Assembly (NCBI GenBank): GCA_024682395.1
Contig: JAIKZH010000081.1
Coordinates: 6,623-70,622 of the forward strand
From: Bacteroidaceae bacterium
GTDB lineage: Bacteria > Bacteroidota > Bacteroidia > Bacteroidales > Bacteroidaceae
Direction of reading: 5' to 3'
Length of the DNA stretch: 64,000 bases
Positions 8,462 through 17,638 of this stretch are shown here, piece after piece. The notes beneath the pieces are model-generated. The model did not search any database and was not told the origin of the DNA. It saw only the letters and a program-made list of their open reading frames with translations. The position numbers were made by a program, and so were the translations under genes. Positions within the stretch are counted from its first letter, which is position 1, and every line of letters begins with the position of its first letter.

Positions 8462-10846
8462 ATGAAACTATCAGAATTAAAAACAGGTGAAAGTGGTGTA
8501 ATCGTAAAGGTTTATGGTCATGGTGGGTTCAGAAAACGTATTGTTGAGATGGGATTCATCAAAGGAACATTAGTTGAGGTTGTTCTTAATGCTCCACTCC
8601 ACGACCCTGTAAAATATAAATTAATGGATTATGAGGTCAGTCTGCGTCGTGCGGAGGCTGAACTCGTAGAGGTTGTAAGTAAGGAAGAAGCAGAACAATG
8701 GCAACGTAATCAGCATTCTCTTCCATCTATTCCAACTGAGGATTGTGTTTTTATGCGCCATGTTGCGGAAGAGAAAGACAAAGAAATCAATGTGGTGTTT
8801 GTAGGTAATCCAAATAGCGGAAAAACCTCTATCTTTAATATTGCTGGCAATACACACGAACGTGTTGGTAATTATTCTGGTGTTACAGTCGAGGCTAAGA
8901 ATGGTGAACTTCAGTTTGGAGATTATCACATTAATATCATTGACTTGCCTGGTACTTACTCATTATCTGCATATACTCCAGAGGAACTATATGTGAGAAA
9001 ATACATCATAGAACAAACTCCAGATATTATAATCAATGTTGTCGATGCAAGTAATCTTGAGCGTAACTTGTATCTGACTACACAATTGATTGACATGGAT
9101 GTTCCGTTGGTCATGGCTTTGAATATGTATGATGAACTGACAAAGAGTGGCAACAAACTGGATATCAATCAACTCGGAGTATTATTAGGAGCCCCTATTG
9201 TTCCGACTATTGGTAGAACTGGTAAAGGAGTGAAGGAACTGTTCCAGACTGTTATTGATATTTATGAAGGTAAGCAACAAGTTTTTCGTCATATTCATGT
9301 GAATCATGGAAAGATTCTCGAGGAGATGATCGAAAAAATAGAAATACCAATTCGTGAGAATCCTGAACCTCATCAGAATTATTCAGGACGTTTCCTCGCT
9401 ATCAAATTACTTGAGAACGATAGTCAGGTAGAGGGTATAATCAGAAAACTTCCAAATTCAGAACAAATATTCAAGACTGCCAATGAGTGTAAGGATGTTA
9501 TATTTAATGAATTAGGCGATACAAGTGAGAATGCAATAACAGATGCAAAGTATGGTTTTGTTCAAGGTGCATTAAGAGAATGCTTTGAGAAGAAAGCCGT
9601 TTACAAACGTTTGATAACAAAACGAATAGATGCAATTGTAACTCATCATATATGGGGATTCCCTATTTTCTTCCTCTTGATGTATATTATGTTCTATTGT
9701 ACATTTACTCTAGGACAATATCCTATGGACTGGATTGATGCATTTATGGGATGGTTAGGAGAAACCGTATCTGCAAATATGAGTGACGGAATGTTGAAAG
9801 ACATGATTGTTGACGGAATAATAGCTGGTATTGGAGGCGTTATTGTGTTCCTTCCTAATATATTGATACTCTATGCTTTTATCTCATGGATGGAAGATTC
9901 TGGATATATGGCAAGAGCTGCATTTATAATGGATAAGATTATGCACAAGATGGGGCTTCATGGAAAATCATTTATTCCTATGATAATGGGATTTGGATGT
10001 AATATTCCTGCAATTATGGCAACCCGAACTATTGAAGACCGAAAGTCACGACTGATTACAATGTTGATTGTTCCATTAATGTCATGTTCGGCTCGTCTTC
10101 CTGTTTATATAATTATAATAGGAGCATTCTTCCCTAAGAACCAGTCTTTGATTCTATTCAGTCTGTATATTATTGGCATTATCATGAGTGTCTTGATGGC
10201 ACATCTCTTCAGCCGCACAGTGGTGAAAGGGGATTCAAGTCCTTTTGTCATGGAATTGCCTCCATATAGATTCCCTTTGGCTAAATCTGTATGCCGTCAC
10301 ACGTTTGAGAAAGGAAAGCAATATCTTAAGAAGATGGGTACTACAATACTTGTTGCCAGTGTTATAATCTGGGCTTTAAGTTATTTCCCAATCAACAATC
10401 ACTTGAGTGATGAGGATCGTATGGAACAAAGTTATATCGGTAAGATAGGTAAGACAATAGAACCGGTTATACGACCTTGTGGATTCCAATGGAAAGAAGG
10501 TGTGGCCATTATCACAGGTGTTGGAGCAAAGGAAATCGTTGCCTCAACAATGGGTGTACTTTATAATCCTAATTCAAGCGATGCAGAGGAAGTTGAAGAA
10601 GAGGACGAGGAGGCTGAAAGCGCACGCTTGTCGCAAGTAATAGCTAACAGCGGAATGACGCCGCTAATTGCATTCTCTTTCCTTGTTTTTGTTCTTTTGT
10701 ATATGCCATGTATTCCTGCATGTATTGCAATAAAGAACGAATCAGGTAAATGGAAATGGGCATTGTTCACTATATGCTATACAACTGCTCTTGCGTGGAT
10801 TTGTTCTACATTGATATTCCAGATAGGAAGTCTTATTATGAAATAG
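8462..10846 (+). CDS. feoB: Ferrous iron transporter, fused FeoA-FeoB
   Basis: N-terminal FeoA-like SH3 (MKLSELKTGESGVIVKV), G-domain motifs GNPNSGKTS and DLPGTYSL, and a polytopic C-terminal permease. It starts 33 nt after the porin gene. Confidence 0.9.
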   Translation: MKLSELKTGESGVIVKVYGHGGFRKRIVEMGFIKGTLVEVVLNAPLHDPVKYKLMDYEVSLRRAEAELVEVVSKEEAEQWQRNQHSLPSIPTEDCVFMRHVAEEKDKEINVVFVGNPNSGKTSIFNIAGNTHERVGNYSGVTVEAKNGELQFGDYHINIIDLPGTYSLSAYTPEELYVRKYIIEQTPDIIINVVDASNLERNLYLTTQLIDMDVPLVMALNMYDELTKSGNKLDINQLGVLLGAPIVPTIGRTGKGVKELFQTVIDIYEGKQQVFRHIHVNHGKILEEMIEKIEIPIRENPEPHQNYSGRFLAIKLLENDSQVEGIIRKLPNSEQIFKTANECKDVIFNELGDTSENAITDAKYGFVQGALRECFEKKAVYKRLITKRIDAIVTHHIWGFPIFFLLMYIMFYCTFTLGQYPMDWIDAFMGWLGETVSANMSDGMLKDMIVDGIIAGIGGVIVFLPNILILYAFISWMEDSGYMARAAFIMDKIMHKMGLHGKSFIPMIMGFGCNIPAIMATRTIEDRKSRLITMLIVPLMSCSARLPVYIIIIGAFFPKNQSLILFSLYIIGIIMSVLMAHLFSRTVVKGDSSPFVMELPPYRFPLAKSVCRHTFEKGKQYLKKMGTTILVASVIIWALSYFPINNHLSDEDRMEQSYIGKIGKTIEPVIRPCGFQWKEGVAIITGVGAKEIVASTMGVLYNPNSSDAEEVEEEDEEAESARLSQVIANSGMTPLIAFSFLVFVLLYMPCIPACIAIKNESGKWKWALFTICYTTALAWICSTLIFQIGSLIMK

Positions 10847-10849
10847 ACA

Positions 10850-10999
10850 ATGGAAGAGATTATTGTATATACAATATTAGGTTTAGCAATAACTTATGTC
10901 GTTTTTAGGCTTTATCGTAGGATAAGGCCTAAAAAACGTTCATGTGATAGTAAATGTGAGAATTGTCCGCTGGTGAATAAATGTGAATGTGAGAAATAG
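10850..10999 (+). CDS. FeoB-associated Cys-rich small membrane protein (49 aa; below the ORF-track cutoff)
   Basis: My own translation: MEEIIVYTILGLAITYVVFRLYRRIRPKKRSCDSKCENCPLVNKCECEK*. It has one TM helix, a basic stretch and a Cys-rich tail, and starts 3 nt after the feoB stop. This matches the architecture of the FeoB-associated Cys-rich family. Confidence 0.7.
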   Translation: MEEIIVYTILGLAITYVVFRLYRRIRPKKRSCDSKCENCPLVNKCECEK

Positions 11000-11041
11000 G
11001 GTTAATTATAACCTAAATAGAGCATTATATATTGATTCACC

Positions 11042-11986
11042 TTATTTCTTTATTTTATTCCATTCAGAATGTTGTGATGCATTCAGATTTGAGAGAATAG
11101 TATATACCTTAGTTTTTTCGTCGGCTTCACCATGACCTTTATATATATTAACTATCTCATCACGTTTAAAGTCTGTGAATATTTGTGGAAGCATTGACAA
11201 TGACTTGTTTGCATGTGCTGCATTCAAGAGTTCTATAGATTCTGTTATTGTCTTTCGTGCGGCTTCAGTATCCTCTGACATCATATCAAGTCCAAGACGA
11301 TGATATTTATACATAAAATCGCGCAAAGGCTCCATAGAGTTCTCCATATAGTCGTTTATTATAGCATTGCGGTTTCGATCGTTGCCAAATGCTTTCCAGC
11401 CACCATCGCCTAAACTTTGTGCGTTATCCACTATATTTATTGCTTTTTGTAGAAACTCAGTTCCTCCCAAAGGCGAAAAAGTATCCATATCAAGTCCGAT
11501 AAACAGATATGCGTAGAATGCAAGCATTGCTGTGAGATTGTCATTCATTGATGTCTCGTTGAATTCTAATGGATCATATTCCTTGTAATTGAAGTTAAAT
11601 GACTCATCTCTCATTGAGAATACAGTTGTGGAGTATGTAGAGTTGTAAACAGGTCGTATTAGTTGGAATAAAAGATCACCTACAAATCTGTTTTCGGCTT
11701 CACTGTATTGTTTTACAGTGATATTCATATTACATTCAATCTTTTCGTTCTGTGAATAATTCGTATTTGTCCATGCACGATTATTCATAAATTCGTTAAT
11801 AGCATTCTCCAATGTTTCAAACACACTTGTATTTGTTCCCTGAACTTGTGTGTGAGAGATCTTGACCTTGCAATTAAGTTCTTGTGCATTGAGCTTGATT
11901 GTCGGACATATGATTACCATAAGCATTACAAGTGATTTTATCTTGATAATGCTATTCATTAGAATACTATCTTTCAGAATCTTCAT
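11042..11986 (-). CDS. DUF4835 family protein (annotated in some resources as T9SS PorD-like)
   Basis: Signal peptide then AQELNCKVKISHTQVQGTNTSVFETLENAINEFMNNRAWTN..., which I recognise as the conserved DUF4835 N-terminus. The listed start at 12019 is TTG and overlaps a -7 box, so I prefer the ATG at 11986 (MKILKD...) or at 11959 (MNSII...). Confidence 0.65.
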   Translation of the reverse strand: MKILKDSILMNSIIKIKSLVMLMVIICPTIKLNAQELNCKVKISHTQVQGTNTSVFETLENAINEFMNNRAWTNTNYSQNEKIECNMNITVKQYSEAENRFVGDLLFQLIRPVYNSTYSTTVFSMRDESFNFNYKEYDPLEFNETSMNDNLTAMLAFYAYLFIGLDMDTFSPLGGTEFLQKAINIVDNAQSLGDGGWKAFGNDRNRNAIINDYMENSMEPLRDFMYKYHRLGLDMMSEDTEAARKTITESIELLNAAHANKSLSMLPQIFTDFKRDEIVNIYKGHGEADEKTKVYTILSNLNASQHSEWNKIKK

Positions 11987-12016
11987 TTTTCTTATTTCTA
12001 ATAATTGATTGCGATG

Positions 12017-12024
12017 CAAATATA
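12017..12024 (-). promoter_or_regulatory. -7 box (TATATTTG on minus strand) for the DUF4835 gene
   Basis: The plus strand reads CAAATATA, 30 nt upstream of the ATG at 11986. Confidence 0.45.
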
Positions 12025-12173
12025 AAGATTATTTTTTGAACAAAAAAATAAAAGAGATAACTACACTCTCGTGCGATTACCTCTAAAATAATAAACACTT
12101 ATTTACTACTTACTCATTTGATAGTAAAAATCCGTTAAGGTTTAATCTTGTTATGTATTATAATAAAAAAAAA

Positions 12174-12206
12174 TTCCACAACACCAGTTTAACCTGAATT
12201 GTGGAA
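12174..12206 (-). terminator. Rho-independent terminator after the M16 peptidase gene
   Basis: 8-bp stem TTCCACAA/TTGTGGAA. On the minus strand it is followed by a run of 9 T (plus-strand A-run 12165-12173). Confidence 0.7.
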
Positions 12207-12276
12207 GTTTTTTAAGGAGTAAAATCCTCTTTATTGTGAGATTATCTGAACATCGAAATACTTTCGTAAATAACGA

Positions 12277-15090
12277 TTATTCTTTAGGTGCAGTCATTCC
12301 GATTGTCAGATGGTTGCCACTGCGGAAGATCTTACGTGCTGTTTCTTGTATATCTTCCTTGGTAATGGCATTAACGGTCTCGGTATAACCATTAACGACA
12401 TCTTTACCTTCCATTACTTTACTTACAATGGCATTTAGCCAATAATTATTGGTTTTTATGTTCTCATCATAACTACGAAGAACATATTCCCTAACTTTCT
12501 GAAGAATCTCCTCACTTGGTCCTTCTTCCACAATCTTGTCAATCTCTTTGTGGATTATCTCAGTCATCTTCTCACGCTTGTCTGGTGCTGTAGGCAGTTG
12601 AATCTCAATAAAACCATTTTTCTCAGGATAATCATTAAGCATTCCTTGAACATGTATGCTGTATGCACCTCCTTCATCCTCACGGACAGTTTCTGTGAGA
12701 ATAATTTGTAGGATCTGTTTTAGAAAGTCCACCTTTAGTGAGTTTGTTAATGAATAATCCATTGGAGAATGATACAAGTCGATAACTATAGCCATCGGAT
12801 TCTCCTGCTTCTTCTCGAAGATATTCTTTATATCTCCTTTTGTCATTGCAAGATCTATCTTCTTGCTGTTTTCCTCTCCTTTCAGTGTAGGTAGGCTTCC
12901 GATATATTTTTCTATGAATGGTAGGGCTGTCTCTACGTCTATATCACCGATAAAGAAGAATTTGAAGTCGTTTCCGTCGGCAAATCGTTCTTTATAAATT
13001 TGTATCAGTTTATCGTAGTCTAACTTGTCTATATCTTCAGCCTTTGTTCTGATGGCTCTTACGTTGTTTTTGTAAATTACACTTGCAATACTGTCAACCA
13101 ATGCGGTTGTAGGCTCTAAATCTCTGTTGGCAAGTGCCGCCTTTGTGCGTTGCATGGTTGACTTATACACCTCATCGTCTTTTCGTGGCGATGTGAATGC
13201 GAGATATGCCAGTTGCAACATAGATTCAAAGTCTTTCTTTACACATTCGCCCGAGATAGTTTCAAAACGGCTTGAAATCTCAGGTTTTATTTTTACATTT
13301 TTCCCAGCCAGTTTCTTACTAAGATCGATTGCCGACAGATTGCCCCATCCGCCTAAGGTGATGCATGAGGCATTGCTTACATTGAGAAATTCTTCGTTGT
13401 CATAAAGAGAACTTCCTCCATGACTGCGTGCAATCATGGCGATGTTGTTAGGTGTGAAGTCGGTTTTCTTGACAAACACCTGAATACTATTTTTCAGAGT
13501 ATATTTTGTGAAGTCATAATAACTGTTCTCGGTTTTCTTGGTTTTTGAACCTTTCAGTTTTGTGATATCCAACAATGGACCTTCTGAGATAGAGTCGGTG
13601 TAAGCCTCAATATCTTCTCCCTCAACTTCTTTCAATATATTTAGGAGTTCATTCTTGTCAGGATATATGATACCTTCTTTTTCAGGGAAGAATGCAACTA
13701 CGACTGGTGCACATTTCTCTTCTTGCATTACAGTTGAGTTGATAGCCTGTAGTGGTGTCTGCTCACATATAGGAATTAAATTGGTATGTTCCCATTCTAT
13801 TCCAGGGGCAGGAATATTATCCAGGAACAAACGGACATACTCGTTCACATATGTGGTATTTGGTGTTTTATCACGCTTCTCGTAAAGGTTTTCAATATTT
13901 GCTTTGAATTTTTCCTTATATCTTTCGTATTCCGATTCTGTAAATCCGAAACGCTTTATACGTAATATCTCCCTGTAAAGTGCAGCCAAGGCTTCTTTGT
14001 GGCCGTTATCCTTGAATGACGCCCCACCTATACATGCGTCTTTTGTCTTTGAAACGAGATAGTCGTCGTTATAAGAGAAACCTGCGCTAAGGAATGGCGG
14101 ATTCTCCTTCTGTAATAATTCACTCAGACGAGTGCCCATCATTGAGTTGATGGCATCAATGATATAGTCATACTGGTAATACAATACAGAATTTCTGATT
14201 TCTCTTGGCATGGCTTCATGCTTCCACAGGATGTTTATCGCAGAGAGGGTCTGTTCCTTGTCTTTTTGAATACTGATGATTGGGCCAGTATTGTCAGGAA
14301 CTGGGAAATATTCTCTTACAGCAGCATTTTCAACTTTCTTGATGTCGCCGAAAACCTGTTTTATCTTGTTCTCAATTGCATCCACATCGACATCACCTAC
14401 CACGATGATTGCCTGAAGATCCGGACGATACCATTTCTTGTAATATTGTCTTAGGTCATCATATGGAAAGTTCATGACGATGTCCATCGTTCCAATAGGC
14501 ATTCTGTATGCGTATTTACTTCCCTCGCATAGTTCAGGTAACGCTTTCTCATACATACGTTGATCTGCAGAACTGCGTAATCTCCATTCTTCGTTGATAA
14601 CTCCGCGTTCTTTATCTATTTCTTTACCTTCGAGAAGCAGGTCGTTGCTCCAGTCGTGTAGGATAAGTAGGCATGAGTCTATTGATTGCGGATTACTAAT
14701 CACCGGCACATTGTTGATGTTATATACAGTTTCATCAAATCCGGTGTATGCATTGAGATTCTCGCCGAATTTTACTCCTATCCTCTCCAGATATGTTTTG
14801 AGAGAATTGCCAGGGAAGTGAGTGGTTCCGTTAAAACACATGTGCTCAAGGAAATGGGCAAGTCCTCTCTGGTTATCTTCTTCGTTTATAGAACCCACCT
14901 TCTGTGCAATGTAGAAGTCGGCTCTTTGTTCTGGCCATTCGTTATGACGGATATAATATGTCAGTCCGTTCTCTAATTTTCCAGTACGCACATTAGGGTC
15001 TAATGGCAGTTGTGGAAGTGGTTGTGTCAGGTTTTGTGCGTTTGTTATTAATGATATAGCAAATGCTACAAATAATGAGACTCTTTTCAT
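12277..15090 (-). CDS. M16 family (pitrilysin/insulinase-like) zinc metallopeptidase, secreted
   Basis: Signal peptide, inverted zinc motif HFLEHMCFNGT (HxxEH), two-lobed ~940-aa architecture. Confidence 0.85.
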   Translation of the reverse strand: MKRVSLFVAFAISLITNAQNLTQPLPQLPLDPNVRTGKLENGLTYYIRHNEWPEQRADFYIAQKVGSINEEDNQRGLAHFLEHMCFNGTTHFPGNSLKTYLERIGVKFGENLNAYTGFDETVYNINNVPVISNPQSIDSCLLILHDWSNDLLLEGKEIDKERGVINEEWRLRSSADQRMYEKALPELCEGSKYAYRMPIGTMDIVMNFPYDDLRQYYKKWYRPDLQAIIVVGDVDVDAIENKIKQVFGDIKKVENAAVREYFPVPDNTGPIISIQKDKEQTLSAINILWKHEAMPREIRNSVLYYQYDYIIDAINSMMGTRLSELLQKENPPFLSAGFSYNDDYLVSKTKDACIGGASFKDNGHKEALAALYREILRIKRFGFTESEYERYKEKFKANIENLYEKRDKTPNTTYVNEYVRLFLDNIPAPGIEWEHTNLIPICEQTPLQAINSTVMQEEKCAPVVVAFFPEKEGIIYPDKNELLNILKEVEGEDIEAYTDSISEGPLLDITKLKGSKTKKTENSYYDFTKYTLKNSIQVFVKKTDFTPNNIAMIARSHGGSSLYDNEEFLNVSNASCITLGGWGNLSAIDLSKKLAGKNVKIKPEISSRFETISGECVKKDFESMLQLAYLAFTSPRKDDEVYKSTMQRTKAALANRDLEPTTALVDSIASVIYKNNVRAIRTKAEDIDKLDYDKLIQIYKERFADGNDFKFFFIGDIDVETALPFIEKYIGSLPTLKGEENSKKIDLAMTKGDIKNIFEKKQENPMAIVIDLYHSPMDYSLTNSLKVDFLKQILQIILTETVREDEGGAYSIHVQGMLNDYPEKNGFIEIQLPTAPDKREKMTEIIHKEIDKIVEEGPSEEILQKVREYVLRSYDENIKTNNYWLNAIVSKVMEGKDVVNGYTETVNAITKEDIQETARKIFRSGNHLTIGMTAPKE

Positions 15091-15135
15091 ATATAGATTC
15101 TTTAAAATTATGCTACTTATATCTGATATCTTTTA

Positions 15136-15143
15136 CAAATGTA
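15136..15143 (-). promoter_or_regulatory. -7 box (TACATTTG on minus strand) for the M16 peptidase gene
   Basis: The plus strand reads CAAATGTA, 46 nt upstream of the ATG at 15090. Confidence 0.4.
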
Positions 15144-15181
15144 CTGATTTTTCTATTATTATTTGTCGTTTTTATAAAAAA

Positions 15182-15218
15182 TCATCCGTAATGTGTTTAA
15201 ATTCAACATTACGGATGA
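15182..15218 (-). terminator. Rho-independent terminator after the small OMP gene
   Basis: 13-bp perfect stem TCATCCGTAATGT/ACATTACGGATGA, followed on the minus strand by a T-run (plus-strand A-run 15176-15181). Confidence 0.75.
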
Positions 15219-15247
15219 CTAAGTTGTTCAAATAAAGAGGTTGGGAC

Positions 15248-15859
15248 TTATTTTGTTTTATTGTACTTTCTGTTGCCCCACTTATATCCTACGGATATTC
15301 CGATTAATGATTCCGATGTGAAGTCATTGTCGTTTGGACCGCATTCCTTTATTTTTTGCAGATTCCAGTCAAGTGATAATTGGAGTGAACCGTGTTTGAG
15401 TGCGATGTCTATACCTGCACCAACTGCTGCATTAAGTCCGAATTCATCGATAATATCCTTTACGTATTTGTCTTCTTTCCATAGAGAGAAATCTTTGCAA
15501 AGGCAAAAAGTATAACCTGTCTGACCATAAATGAATGGAGATACTTTCTTGGATGGTTGGAAGTAATACTTTGCATTAACGCTAAGTGGGAGAATCAACT
15601 CTTTTTGAAATCTCAAGTTGTCATGATTACGAAATAGGTCATCTTGGAATTTTGACATCTCAAAACCAATAGTCGGTCCTACACTGAAATAATCATTTAA
15701 TTCAATGTTTCCATCAAAAACTATACCGTTGATAATCCCCGGATCTGTTACTGATCGACTTCCTGTAACCTTTAAGGTAGGACTGAAACTCTGAGCTTGT
15801 GCTGTTTGAACACTTACAGCACATAAGACTGAAAATAAATAATAAAAACCTTTTTTCAT
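15248..15859 (-). CDS. Small outer-membrane beta-barrel protein (OmpW/opacity-like fold)
   Basis: Signal peptide (SVQTAQA-QS) and ~8 amphipathic strands rich in G/Y/F; 203 aa. Confidence 0.55.
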   Translation of the reverse strand: MKKGFYYLFSVLCAVSVQTAQAQSFSPTLKVTGSRSVTDPGIINGIVFDGNIELNDYFSVGPTIGFEMSKFQDDLFRNHDNLRFQKELILPLSVNAKYYFQPSKKVSPFIYGQTGYTFCLCKDFSLWKEDKYVKDIIDEFGLNAAVGAGIDIALKHGSLQLSLDWNLQKIKECGPNDNDFTSESLIGISVGYKWGNRKYNKTK

Positions 15860-15884
15860 AAAATATAAGATATAAAAAGACTAC

Positions 15885-15901
15885 CCCACATCTGATGTGG
15901 G
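15885..15901 (-). terminator. Short hairpin terminator after nadB
   Basis: CCCACA-tctga-TGTGGG, followed on the minus strand by tagTCTTTTT. Confidence 0.45.
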
Positions 15902-15940
15902 AATTATAATAGTTAAAAATTAAATAAAAATTCTTTTAAA

Positions 15941-17533
15941 TTAATTCTTCTTGTCTAAGGCATGCTTCTCGTAGTCAACTGTGAAGTGGAGTCCGCGACT
16001 CTCTTTGCGTTCAAGTGCTTGACGTGTGATAAGATATCCCACATTAATCATGTTACGTAATTCACAGATGTCTTTTGTCGGTTTTACTCGTTTAAACAGA
16101 TGTTCTGTCTCTTCATATAATAAGTCGAGTCGTTCCCATGCTCTGTGCAGACGTAGATCTGAACGCACGATTCCAACGTATGTACTCATTATCTGTCCCA
16201 CTTCTTTTATGTCTTGGGCAATAAGAACTTTTTCCTCGTTGGTCATTGTTCCTTCGTCATTCCATTCTGGAATCTTATCGTTGAATTCGTATTGATCGAT
16301 TACCTCAATAGAGTGTTTTGCAGCCGCATCGGCATAAACAACAGCTTCTATTAGTGAGTTACTTGCCAAACGGTTTCCTCCGTGCAATCCTGTGCAAGAA
16401 CATTCACCTAAAGCATACAATCTTTTTATACTTGATTGTCCATCGAGGTCAACCTGAATACCTCCACACATATAGTGGGCAGAAGGGCAAACCTTGATGT
16501 ATTCTTTGGTGATATCAATTCCTATTGATAAGCATTTTGCATATATGTTAGGGAAATGATGTTTTGTTTCTTCTGGGTCTTTGTGAGTCACGTCCAGACA
16601 AACATGATCGAGTCCGTGGATTTTCATTTCTTTATCGATTGCACGTGCAACAATGTCGCGTGGTGCCAAACTCAATCGTTCATCATATTTCTGCATGAAT
16701 TCTTCTCCGTTAGGAAGTCGAAGTATTCCGCCATATCCTCGCATTGCTTCTGTGATGAGATATGCAGGATGTGTTTCTTGTGGATTGTAAAGAACAGTTG
16801 GGTGGAATTGTACAAATTCCATATCTTTTACTTTTCCTTTAGCTCTGTACACCATTGCAATACCATCACCTGTTGCAATATTCGGATTTGATGTAGTGGC
16901 ATAAATAGCCCCAGTTCCTCCTGTTGCCATTATGGTAACTCTTGAAAGGAATGTATCGATTTTTCCTGTTTTCGGATTTAGGATATAAGCTCCATAGCAT
17001 TCGATATCTGGAGTGCGTCGTGTAACACGTATTCCCATATGGTGCTGTGTGATAATTTCAACAGCAAAATGATTTTCGAATATCTCGATGTTAGGATTAT
17101 TACGTATTGCTTGCATCAACCCACGTTGAATCTCTGCTCCTGTATCATCGGCATGATGGAGTATTCTAAATTCACTATGACCTCCTTCTTTATGAAGATC
17201 AAAGTCTCCTTTTTCATTCTTATCGAAATTAACTCCCCATTGCACCAACTCATTTATCGCGGCAGGTGCATTTCTCACTACTTGTTCTACAGCTTCACGG
17301 TTGTTGATGAAGTCACCGGCAATCATGGTGTCTTCGATATGTTTGTCGAAGTTGTCAACAAGCAAGTTTGTTACGGCGGCAATACCTCCTTGTGCTTTTG
17401 TTGTGTTGGCTTCTTCGAGGGTAGTCTTGCAGATAATAGCTATCTTGCCTTTTTTAGCTCTAGCTACCTTGAGAGCATAACTCATACCGGCAACTCCGCT
17501 ACCGATGATGAGAAAGTCGAATTTCTTTGTCAT
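15941..17533 (-). CDS. nadB: L-aspartate oxidase
   Basis: FAD dinucleotide fold FDFLIIGSGVAGMS, fumarate-reductase/succinate-dehydrogenase flavoprotein-like core, RESRGLHF near the C-terminus; 530 aa. Confidence 0.9.
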   Translation of the reverse strand: MTKKFDFLIIGSGVAGMSYALKVARAKKGKIAIICKTTLEEANTTKAQGGIAAVTNLLVDNFDKHIEDTMIAGDFINNREAVEQVVRNAPAAINELVQWGVNFDKNEKGDFDLHKEGGHSEFRILHHADDTGAEIQRGLMQAIRNNPNIEIFENHFAVEIITQHHMGIRVTRRTPDIECYGAYILNPKTGKIDTFLSRVTIMATGGTGAIYATTSNPNIATGDGIAMVYRAKGKVKDMEFVQFHPTVLYNPQETHPAYLITEAMRGYGGILRLPNGEEFMQKYDERLSLAPRDIVARAIDKEMKIHGLDHVCLDVTHKDPEETKHHFPNIYAKCLSIGIDITKEYIKVCPSAHYMCGGIQVDLDGQSSIKRLYALGECSCTGLHGGNRLASNSLIEAVVYADAAAKHSIEVIDQYEFNDKIPEWNDEGTMTNEEKVLIAQDIKEVGQIMSTYVGIVRSDLRLHRAWERLDLLYEETEHLFKRVKPTKDICELRNMINVGYLITRQALERKESRGLHFTVDYEKHALDKKN

Positions 17534-17574
17534 GACTCACAGGAATTTTTTATCCTAAAGATGAATTGCGAGTG

Positions 17575-17582
17575 CAAAGGTA
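17575..17582 (-). promoter_or_regulatory. -7 box (TACCTTTG on minus strand) for nadB
   Basis: The plus strand reads CAAAGGTA, 42 nt upstream of the ATG at 17533. Confidence 0.45.
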
Positions 17583-17638
17583 ATGATATTTTGGTATTTG
17601 ACAATATACAAAATGTATTTTTATTATTAAAAGAATCA

